From NCBI RefSeq assembly GCF_009914755.1, contig NC_060937.1: 64,000 nucleotides of DNA; one strand, 5' to 3'. The stretch comes from the human T2T-CHM13v2.0 reference genome, Homo sapiens. The notes under the pieces are model-generated. The model was not told the DNA's origin, ran no database searches, and was given only the letters and a program-made list of their open reading frames with translations. This document shows, piece after piece, positions 41,014 to 52,402 of this stretch (its first letter is position 1; every line of letters starts with the position of its first letter). The position numbers and the translations under genes were made by a program.

Positions 41014-42679
41014 TCAAATATGAAAATTTTTAAAAGACATGATGGATAGTAAATTAATATAGAAATATATTAAATTAGAATGAGTGTAAACTTGGGAAAA
41101 AGTGAAAAATGGTGCAATATAAGGACGGGTTGAAGGAAAAAGTTTTTCTGAGCTCTCTGAGAAGTATTATTGCAGTCAAGAGTCTTCTGAGAGATCTTGG
41201 ACTGTCTGTCAGCCTCCCTGATTGCTGCTGTTCCTCTCTCGGCAAATTGCAGAGCTGCCAAGTCCATGACTTCCTTGATGCTAGTCCTGTCTCTAGCACT
41301 TCCTCTCATCCTTCTGATGGCATTGGCTCCAGGTTTCTGTCCAAAGAGAGATGAGAGAAATCAAGGTTGCTGAAGCTCAGAGATCTCTTTGCTTAGGTTT
41401 TAGGTGGGATCTGCTAAATCCAGGGGATTTTCCCACCTCTATCTTGTTCCTGAACAAAACCACTCATGTTTTTATTGCTGGAGTAGCATCATCTTCTCAA
41501 AGCCGAACGAAATAGGAAGGAACACGGCTTGACAGTTCAATTCCATTCCATCCGCACTTTCAGCTCCCACTGCGTACTTGATTCCGTATTACTTGGGGAT
41601 GTCATTAAGGTAGTGTAGATAACTAAAATGGGGAAGAAGTGGTTGAGTAAAGGCAGAGGAAAAGAAAAGTGAAGGGAACTTTGGTATAAGCTCTCTAAGA
41701 GAGCTGTGAAACGTGCTGGGGGAGGCTAGGGATAAAAAAATGCCGGACTCTCAGACAGCGATCAATTTAAACAGGTCAGAGACTGTGTTGTGGATATGTC
41801 TTAAATATTTAGGGTGATACTGATTATGGGCACACTCTTCAAAACTGGAGCAGATGTTACAGATTTTAAAAAGAAATCTGAGAGGAGAAAAAGAAAGCGA
41901 GAGGTAGGCTGAAAACAATAATGATCTAGCCTATGTCTTAAGAGTTGGCAGTTGCTTTGATAATATTTGAATGTACATTGCATAAACGTGCAGGGCATTT
42001 AGAAAGAGGAGTAGTGAAGTTTCTTATGGGATTTCATTAAGCCCCTTTCTAGCCATCTTATTATTTTGTAAATTGAATCAACTCTTTCAGGCCACCAGAG
42101 CTAATTAATACTTTGGGTAATCTGCTACTTCATTAACTGGAATTCCTTGAGGAACCCAGGAAGCTTCCAGATGTGCATTCTAGGAAGAATTCTGCTGCTT
42201 TTCAGTAATAATAACAACAGACATGAGTTATTGGACGTTTACAATGGGCTAAGCGTTTGTGATCTGAGCTTTGTGGAATTCTCTTTTAATCTGCACAGTA
42301 ATCCTGTGAGTAGACATTTTCCCCTGCCCATTCTCAAAGCCCTCGTCTCCCTTATTTGCCGCCATTCCACATATTGCAGCTGTTTTTCTGGCATCCTCAT
42401 TTCATTGTATATACAATATTGGGAAACCAGGAGGATACAAAAATCTGCTTGTAGGAAATGCATTGTGTCTGCCTAAACCTGATTGCCAGGAAGCTAAACC
42501 AAAGAGCCATATGTGAAATAGAGTGCATTTGAAGATATTTAGCCCTGGCCTCTGAATTTTTAACATAATCCCTTTAGATAAATTATCGTCAATTATAAAT
42601 TCAGGGAAGTATGGAGGTCTCTATTTTCTAGACTTATCTTGGTACCCAGAAAATTCATTTTTTTTTAATTAAAAAAATT

Positions 42680-43063
42680 ATTTTCTCCCAGCTTTATTGG
42701 AGTGTAATTGACAAAATTATATATGTTTAAGATATATGATGTGATAGCTTGATATACATCTACATTGTGAGGTGATTATCATCATCAAACTAATTAACAC
42801 ATCTGCCACCTCACATAGTTACTATTTTTTGTGTGTGGAGTAGAGGGTACTTTAGCAAATTTCAAGTATACATTACTACTAATTATAGTTACCATACTGT
42901 ACATTTGATCTCCAGAACTTATTCGTCTTGTAACTGAAAGTTTGTATTCTTTGACCAAATCCCACCTCCCCCACAAGCCCCCGCCATCCATTTCACTCAC
43001 CCCCAAGCCTCTGGCAACCACTGTTCTACTCTGTTCCTATTAGTTTGACTTCTTTAGACTCAC
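42680..43063 (-). mobile_element. L1MA9-like 3' end
   Basis: aaactaattaacacatctgccacctcacatagtta; gatctccagaacttattcgtcttgtaactgaaagtttgtattctttgacc. Confidence 0.85.
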
Positions 43064-44009
43064 ATTGTTATGTTCCTCTTATTTCTTTTAATTCCCTTTA
43101 GCCTTTCTTATAACAGTTATCTATCATTTCTATTAGGTAAATTGATCCCATTTCCAAACTTTAATTAACATTTTGTTATTGATTAGACTTAGAGGTCATG
43201 TGCTGCTCATGGAATTAATGTGAATATTATTTTTAATGGTTATTTTAAAATGCAACTTCATTGATTTCAGATATAAAACCATTACTCCTTCAAGAGAGCA
43301 ATATGTTGGGGGGAAAATGATGCTTTCACTGTTACTAGTTCAAGATTTGTCTGCTAGTTTCAAGGATTTTCTTTTTTAAAATGTCAAAACTAAAACGGGA
43401 AACAAAAATAGCATTAACAGACCCACATAGGAAATTATATTATTTGAGGATGTCAAATTGGAAGATGGAACATGTTTTTTTGCAGACTTCCCTGCTTCCT
43501 GAAAGTAGCAATGAATAACAGAGAAAATCTTTAATGCCATCTTTGAGCTTTTGCTTGATAAAAGGAACTACTGTATAGCTTTGACGGTTTTTAAAAAAAC
43601 ACTCTTTGCAGAAATATTTTATCCTTTCCAGAGCATCTTCTCATCTCTGTGCATAAGTGCGGTCCCAGTGGCATGCTTAATCCTTCTTCACAGCCCTACA
43701 TATCTTCAAGTGTGTGCATAAATTCTGTCAGGAAGGAACTACAACCTCGTCGTGAATAACTGCAAACAACAGCTATGTGTGGGACTCTATTGCTTGATGT
43801 AAACATGGCCCTGGGTGATCACTCTGCACTTTGTCTTTTAGGGTTATAAGGATGGGAGTGAGCTCTTCAGCTTGGTAGCCGACACCATGCACTCAGTAGC
43901 AAGCATTTGCTGTAGAGCCAGTACCTGAGACGCATTGCTTGGCTATTTCCGTCAATTATCATCTACTCTCATTCACTCCAAGTGTTCACAGATGGCAGAA
44001 AGTAATTCA

Positions 44010-44165
44010 GAGCCCTTTGTGCCTTAGTTCCCTTGTTTGCCAAACCGGGATATTCTTATATCTCTCACATAAAGTTATTATGTGAGTAAATGAAATAAAG
44101 CACCCAGAGCATCTTGAACAGTACCTGGCATGTAGTAAAATATGCGCTCGATAAATGTTAGTTTA
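44010..44165 (+). mobile_element. MIR SINE
   Basis: tgtgccttagttcccttgtttgc...gaacagtacctggcatgtagtaa...gctcgataaatgttag. Confidence 0.75.
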
Positions 44166-45355
44166 AAACATTTTTTTTCTGCTCTTAAGAGTAGGCTTGA
44201 GTTCATAAATCCCAGGAACCAAACGATTTCTTTCTATTTTAGATCTGCTTTTACTTGTGTGCTTTTTCCTCAAGTGTAAGGCATCATTTTGTACTCTTAC
44301 AGTATGTTCCTGAGAGCACAGATGTGAGTGAAAGTGAAGAGTGATTTAGTATGAAATGTCACACTGGGTCCGCACATCAACTGCTTTCTCTCTGCCACCG
44401 GCTGAGGCAGCCACCGCTGGTAGCCCGTAGGATTCCTGGCGTCCACCTTCTACCCTCCTACTCAAATCTATCTTCTTATCTGGTCTCTGCCATCCTTGTT
44501 GCTTCAGTTTCGTAGCTGGTCTGATCCTCTTGGCCTCGCCTACTTGGATTGTAACCCATGTGTATAGTCTGTTGGGATTTTGACGGGCATCTCCTAAGTG
44601 TCTCCCCCGAGAATGTCTCCTCTGCTCTCTACTTTTTGAAAGGTAAATCAGACAGGAGGGGAAAGGTACTGTGTTGACAGAAATCCCCACAACAGCCCTA
44701 TACCGTGGGTATTGAGTCTTCTTTTGGACAGTTGATACAAAACAGCATAGAGAGAATGAGTAACTTCTCAAGGCCATGGGACCGGTGAATGCTTTGCTGT
44801 GCTTTGAGGAGCATGCTGATGATGACTGTGACTTTGGTAACTGTTTCTGTAGCTCAGAGCAGGGGCTTAAGAAGACATGGGTGTGCAGAGCTCACCTGCA
44901 GCATGCTGATGTCACTGGAGGGAGAGCTGTGCTAGGTGGGCAGCAGCAACCACGGAGGGACCTTTCTGAAGAGACTCACCAGTGACATAGTTGGTTTCTG
45001 TCCTTCTCTTTCTTTGTTACAAGACCCCACTATTTAGCTACTGATATTGCCATAGGGCAGAGAGATTTATTCAGCTGCAGCTGCATCCATGGCATCTGCT
45101 GATCCACTCACAGCCTTTGTTTTTCAGAGTTAGGAAGTGCCTTCCTTACTCCAAAATGCAACTTTCTTACCAGTGTTTCTGCACCATCCTGTGGTTTATA
45201 TTTCTGGCTCTGCCATTCTTTCTCTGTGTGACCTCTAGATGGATCTATGTGATTCACAGAGGACTGGCTCATTGTCAATGACATGACAAGTGATTGAAAT
45301 GTATTTGATAGTTAGATGATAGAAATTTCTTTAGCTTTTAGGGCCAAAGTACATC

Positions 45356-47457
45356 TGTATTAGTCCATTTTCATGCTGCTGATAAAGACATACCCGAGAC
45401 TGGGAAGAAAAAGAGGTTTAATTGGACTTACAGTTCCACATGGCTGGGGAGGCCTCAGAATCATAGCAGTGGCAAGAGAAAATGAGAGAGAAGCAAAAGC
45501 AGAAACCCCTGATAAACCCATCAGATCTTGTGGGACTTAATCACTATCGTGAGAATAGCACAGGAAAGACAGGCCCCCATGATGCAGTTACCTTCCCCTG
45601 GGTCCCTCCCACAACATGTGGGAATTCTGGGAGCTACAATTCAAGTTGAGATTTGAATGGGGACAGCCAAAACATATCATTCTGCCCCTGGTCCCTCCAA
45701 ATCTCATGTCATCATATTTCAAAACCAATCATGCCTTCCCAACAGTCCCCCAAAGTCTTAACTCATTTTGGCATTAACACAAAAGTCCATAGTCCAAAGT
45801 CTCATCTGAGACAAGGCAAGTCCCTTCTGCCTATGAGCCTGTAAAATCAGAAGCAAGCTAGCTACTTCCTAGATACAATGAGGGTACAGGTGTTAGGTAA
45901 ATACAGCCTTCCAAATGGGAGAAATTGGCCAAAACAAAGGGGTTACAGGGCCCACGCAAGTCTGAAATCCAGTGGGGCAGTCAAATTTTAAAGCTCTAAA
46001 TGATCTCCAGCTTTCATGGGCTGGGGTTTTGTGTCTGTGGCTTTTCCAGGTGCGTGGTGGATCTACCATTCTGGGGACTGGAGGACAGTGGCCCTCTTCT
46101 CACAGCTCCACTGGGCAGTGCCCCAGTAGGGACTCTGTGTGGGCGCTCTGACCCCACATTTCTCTTCTGCACTGGCCTAACAGAGGTTCTCTGTGAGGGC
46201 CCTGTCCCTGGAGCAGACTTTTGCCTGGGCATCCAGGTACTTCCATACATCTTCTGAAATCTAGGCAGAGGTTCCCAAACCTCAATTCTTGACTTCCGTG
46301 CACCCACAAGCTCAACACCATGTGGAAGCTGCCAAGGCTCGGGGCTTACACCCTCTGAAGCCACAGCCTGAGCTACATGTTAGCCCCTTTCAGCATGGCT
46401 GGAACGGCTGGGACACAGGGCACCAAGTGCCTGGGCTGTACATAGTGTGGGGACCCTGGGCCTGGCCCACGAAACCGCTTTTTCCTCCTGGGCCTCTGGG
46501 CCTGTGATGGGAGGGGCTGCCATGAAGGTCTCTGATGTGGCCTGGAGTCATTTCCTCCCTGATCTTCAGGATTAACAATAAGCTCCTTGCTACTTAGGCA
46601 GGTTTCTGTAGCTGGCTTGAATTTCTCCCCAGAAAATGGGTTTTTCTTTTCTATCACATAGTCAGGCTGCAAATTTTCCAAACTTTTATGCTCTGCTTCC
46701 CTTATAAAACTAAATGCCTTTAACAGTACCCAAGTCATCTCTTGAATGCTTTGCTACTTAGAAATTTCTTCTGCCAGCTACCCTAAATTATCTTTCTCGA
46801 GTTCAAAGTTTTATAAATCTCTAGGGCAGGGGCAAAATGCTGGCAGTCTCTTTGCTAAAACATAACAAGAGTCACCTTTACTGCAGTTCCCAACAAGTTC
46901 CTCATCTCCATCTGAGACCAACTCAGCCTGGGCCTTATTGTCCATATTGCTGTCAGCATTTTGGCAAAGCCATTCAACAAGTTTCTAGGAAGTTCCACAC
47001 TTTCCCACATTTTTGTATCTCCTTCTGATCTCTAAACTGTTCCAACCTCTGCCTGTTATCCAGCTACAAAGTTGCTTCCACATTTTTGGATGTATTTTCA
47101 GCAATGCCCCACTCTCCTGGTACCAATTTACTGTATTAGTCTGTTTTCATGCTGCTGATAAAGACATACCCAAGACTTAGAAGAAAAAGAGGTTTAATTA
47201 GATTTACAGGTCCACATACCTGGGGAGGCCTCAGAATCATGGTGTTGGCAAGAGAAAATGAGAGAGAAGCAAAAGCTGAAACCCCTGATAAACCCATCAG
47301 ATCTCGTGAGACTTATTCACTGTCATGAGAATAGCGTGGAAAAGACTGGTCCCCATGATGCAGTTACCTCCTCCTAGATCCCTCCCACAACATGTGAGAA
47401 TTCTGGGAGCTACAATTCAAGTTGAGATTTGAGTGGGGACACAGCCAAACCATATTA
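45356..47457 (-). mobile_element. Complete THE1A MaLR element: LTR 45356-45679, internal region 45680-47131, LTR 47132-47457
   Basis: Two LTRs tgtattagt...ttttcatgctgctgataaagacatacc...gccaaaccatat; THE1-int between them; 5-bp TSD ACATC (45351-45355, 47458-47462). Confidence 0.96.
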
Positions 47458-48429
47458 ACATCTAAACACTAACAATATATAAATGAATGTGCTTTATGGA
47501 GTTAAAATAGGGCTTTGGCAACATGCAATTGTATTCTCCGTGTACATTGTGGAACAATTATGGTGAAGGTGAGATTTTGTATATATGATATTAGATTACT
47601 TTACTTTAAAAAGGAGCAACCACAGAGTACGTCTTGATAGTTACTTATTTATCCCTAGGACTTCAATTATATTAATTTAAAAATTAATTATAAACTTGCT
47701 GGATGAAACTTAGCAGGCTATTATGTAGCCAAGTGCCTACTCAGCATTAAATTCATTTTAATAACTGAGTATTAGCTATAAAGAAATGAGAACCATTAAA
47801 TATCTATTGATTTTTTGGGGGTTCTGATTTCTGCATTGCTTCTGTGTATTTCATTGCATTTTTAATTTTAAAATCTAGACTATTATTCTAAGACAAAGCC
47901 GAGGCTCTGGCAAATTGTAACATACTTTATTTTAAATTTTGACTTGAATTGTACAAGATAGGCCTACCAAGAAACAACCCTTTTACAATTTTATTCATTT
48001 TTTGGCTAGAGAAAAGCCTAGGAATGCCTCTTAGCTAGTGTCATAGTCAAAGGATGTGCAGATTCTGGCTCATATTTTTTTTTTTATATAGCTTTCTAGC
48101 AGGCCAAATGAGAATAAGATTAAAATTAAACTTCCTCAGAGTAGCCACCAGCCTTGGTAGCCGACTTCTAGACTCTTTTCAGGAGCGGAAAAATATTTCT
48201 GACACTGAAAATGAATTACATCCATGTTTCGAGTCTCCAAATAGAATGTCTTCAAGAACTATAGGCCATACTTAGTTCTAAACAAACACTTAAAATGAAC
48301 TTCCCTTACGATAAAGTATCAGAACTGAAATTTGCAAAGATCATTCAGCTGTGTGCCCCAATATTTCAAAAATGTCTGGCATAGTTGGAGGTGGAACCAA
48401 AAAGTGGGCTTAACCATTGGAATTCTAAT

Positions 48430-48980
48430 AGTCAACTCTGCAATGGCTGCCCATTTCACTCACAGTAAAATCTCATACCCTGCAATGGCTCTCGAGGCCC
48501 ACATGATTCAACTCCCTTATTTTTTGGAACTTATCTCTTATCACTCTCCCCTACTTTCTTGACTTGATCATCTTTCCTATTTTGACAGGCCTGGCATTCT
48601 CCTGCCTTAGGACTTTGCACTGGCAGTTCCCTCTGCCTGGAAGGCTCCTCTCTTAGGTATTTTACATGGTTAATTCCCTTAAGTCCTCTTTGTGCTCCAA
48701 TATTGCCCTCTTATAAAGCATACCTTGACTATACTATCTAAAGTTGCAACTTGGCCATCTTTCCTCTTCTCTCCCCAGACCATGGCATACCTAGTCCTCC
48801 TTACTCTGCTGTAGTATTTCATTTTGGCACATTTTATAACTATATTATTTTTTCCCATTTGTTATATCTGTTGCTTTTGGATATCTTCCCCCAAACTACT
48901 TGAGGGCAAGAATTTTTGTTTTGCTCGCTAATGTATCTCAGGTACCTAGAACAATGCCCAGCTATACTTTTGAGTGGATG
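48430..48980 (+). mobile_element. L2a 3' region
   Basis: caatggctgcccatttcactcacagtaaaatc; cttaggactttgcactggcagttccctctgcctggaaggctc; gtatctcaggtacctagaacaatgcc. Confidence 0.8.
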
Positions 48981-51366
48981 GCTACAGAATATACCTTACA
49001 TCGTATTCAGAATGCCTCTCATTTCAAATTCCTCTCACTTTAGCTTTTCTTTAATACATGATCCTACTTTGCCTCTGGACTGTAACCCTCCTTCATTCCT
49101 AGCCTGATCCCACCATCCCATTTTTGTGTGTGCTCTAGTGCCACCCTTGGGCCTGTCAGGACAGAGCCCAGGCTAGAAAACTTACGGCTGTGAGTTCATG
49201 GCAGGTGGCCATGGTATTCTGCCTGGTTATCTCTGAGATTAGAGACACAGTTGATAAACGACAGCCTGCCAGGCATCTATTACTACATCCCAGCTGTGCA
49301 TGGGAGTGGGTGTGCATCCCGCAGACAGCTATATGCAGATGCACCTGTTTCACTCTGAGCTCTGGCATGTCTCAGAATTTCTGACGATAGGGGCTAAATA
49401 GACGGATCGATTTGGGGCCTGATTTAAGTGGTGAAATTCCTTGCCTCCAAGGAAGCTTGGCCTGCAAAATGGCATCATCAGAATTTCAGATGAGAGCTGA
49501 TCTGCTTTCCAATTAGCTTCCATTTCAAATTTCTAAATTCCTTGCGTGGAGGAAGCCATCCTAGATTAGGCCAGTTGGGATAATGATATCTTCCACCCCA
49601 GGTTTCTGTGACTAATATTGGTCTTTACACAAAAAATTTAACAAAATAGCAACATTAAAAAATTGATATCGAAAGTAAAAATTCATTATTTTTCATGGAG
49701 AGTTATGTTTTCTGCCATTGCATGAATAATGTTACATTAAAATTTCATTCCTGTTGAATTGGATTCCTTCCAGTGCTCAAGGTATATGGCTCTAAGAACC
49801 ATATAATATGTGGTGTTAGCACTCTTCTTAGAGTGTAAGCTTTAAATCTGCCTAGAAGAATTCTAAAGAATGAGCTGAAGATTCTCTGTATCCCCTGCTT
49901 TTAGAACGTTCAGCAAGTACCATGTGAGAATTATATGAATACGTTTTCGTGAAATTGATGAGGATGGGTATTTAATATTTATTAGGTACTAAGAGTAGCA
50001 CAGTTTCATTACATTTTTCAATATAAAATAGATTTCCATCTATATAGTCATTGAACTTGTTAGTGTTGCAAGTGTAGAAAATACTTGTTTGTATCCTGTA
50101 TGTGTGTGTATATATGAAATGGATTATTTGTGGCAAATACTGGTTGCTTGTTTCAAAGGAACTGGGCCCTTAAAATTAAGAATTTGCATATCGTGAAATA
50201 AAATGAAACATTTAGTCAAAATTAAAATTGTGATGAGTTTGAATATCCAAACCATCTTAATATAGATCTGTTTTAAAATAAGCACTCCAAGATTAACACC
50301 TGCATATTGCTGACTACTTTGATACATTGCAGTGGCTATAAAAAATTATTCTATCCCCTAAATCCTCCTTTTAATGTCTTTTAAAAAATGAATTGATCTG
50401 ACACCAATGAAACTTTTTGTAATGAATCACACCAGATAACTGCATTTTAATGCCTTGATGCCCTGTGAAATGATTAGAGGGGGTAAAGGGGAAATGTATT
50501 TTTCTTATTCAGGTACTCCTCACATCCAGTTGAAATTTCTGATCAAAGGTTTTAATGCTTTCTAGCTACTATCCCTTCTGCATTCCACTTCCTTTTTATG
50601 TAACTGCGCTGATTTCATCAAATGCCTTTATTCCCTGCCCCAATCATATATAACCATTGACACTGCTGTCCTGTCTCTCAGTGATTTTGCACGTCATCTC
50701 TTCCATCCCACCATGCCGTGGCTTCCTGCTCACTGCCCTGTGATCATTTGTGCTTCAGCATCCCTGATGCAACCCCAAGAAGTTGAATTGGAGCAGCTGC
50801 TCTCATTCATCTGCAGCTGCTCCTGGCAGAGTTGCCCGAGAAGGCAGACCACTCTGATTTATGTTCGTTTCTCTCCATCATCTTGACCATCCCAAGAGCT
50901 CTCAAGGATTTTTCACCTCTCAAAATTTTAGGAACCCATCTCACAGGTTACATAGGGCAATCCTGCTGAGATTCACTGGGGATTTGTGACTGACTTGCCC
51001 ACTGTGGAAATGACTCAGGTTCACAGAATGGAAAGTCTGGGACCAGTTTCTGAAAATTATCAGTTCTGCTCTTTGTTATTGCAGCTCTGACTTTTTCAGT
51101 GTGTGATAAACTCCAAGATGAACTTAGGGAGGCAAATTTATTCTAGGTTATTGAGAAGGTTCAACAGACTCATCAATGATAAAGGCCTCTTCCCATTCTT
51201 TCAGTTCTTCAACTCATTCACTCACTCCCTCACTCATTTACTCACTCCCTCACTCATTTACTCATTCATGTTACTGTCTGCCTGTTACTTATGGCACCAG
51301 CGATATTTCTCCATATAGAAGCATGTTGGGCTTGACCTCTCACTTTCCATTTTAAGATATAAACAC

Positions 51367-51733
51367 GGCCCTACTCCGTTTGCGCTGCTATAGCAGAATA
51401 CAATAGACAGGGTGGCTTATAAGCAGCAGGAATTTATTTCTGACAGTTCTGGAAGCTGGAAAGTTCAGGAAGAAGATACCAGGTAGATGCAATGTCTGGT
51501 GAGGATCCTCTTTCTGGTTTACCAGCCGCGGCCTTCTCTCTGTGTCCTTACATGGCAAGAGGGGGCAAAGAAGCCCTCTGGGGTCTCTTTTATCAGGTCA
51601 CTAATCCCATTCATGAAGGCTTCACTTCTATGCTCTAATCGTACCTCAAAGGCCTCACCTCCAAATCCATGACATTGGAGATTAGCTTTCAACATATGGA
51701 TTCTGGGGGGACATAAACATTCAGTCTATAGCA
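51367..51733 (-). mobile_element. MLT1A-like solo LTR
   Basis: gctgctatagcagaatac...gggtggcttataag...atttatttctgacagttctgg...ggggggacataaacattcagtctatagca; TSD AACAC on both sides. Confidence 0.9.
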
Positions 51734-52402
51734 AACACCATACTGTTAAACTATCCTAAACTAGTGTTAATCTGTTTTAAAATTAATTTGCTTCCACTGT
51801 CTTCTTTCAACATTTCCAGTTTAGAGCCTCACACCCCCTTCTTACTTGGACTCCTTTCTGTGAGCTGACTGTTCACGTGGGAAGGATGCTAGAAGCCAAA
51901 TACCATATGCCAAATGCCTTGGATGAAACTTAGAGGGAAACACTGGCAGTGGATTCAATCTTAAACACTTTCCTAGTGAAAGGGGGTTCAAAGTGGGTTC
52001 AAATTTAAAGTATCAGGAAAATACAGAAAAGTAAGGAAATACCATTCCGAATTCCATGCCTTTTTGGTATTATAAAAGAAATGAAATGTCAGAGTTCCTG
52101 TACATCCCTCTACCCTCACAAAGATTACTATCTATTTGGTATTCATATTCATATCTTTATCTTAAAATATCACATATGATTATAAAGCCAAAAAAGGAAG
52201 CAAGCTAGCTATTCATCAAAAGGAAACAAGTTGAATATGTTTTCATACATTCATACTATAAACTGTTATGTGACTATTAAAAGATTACTATTAAAATATT
52301 ACATATTTAAGCTTATATGTATTAAGCTTAAAATCAAATGTCAGATTAATATGTGTCATAAAATTTAATTTTGATTAAAATATGTATATATTGGCAAATC
52401 AT

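Noticed and set aside
46000-47028. Cluster of overlapping ORFs in GC-richer DNA
   Set aside because: All lie within the THE1A internal region
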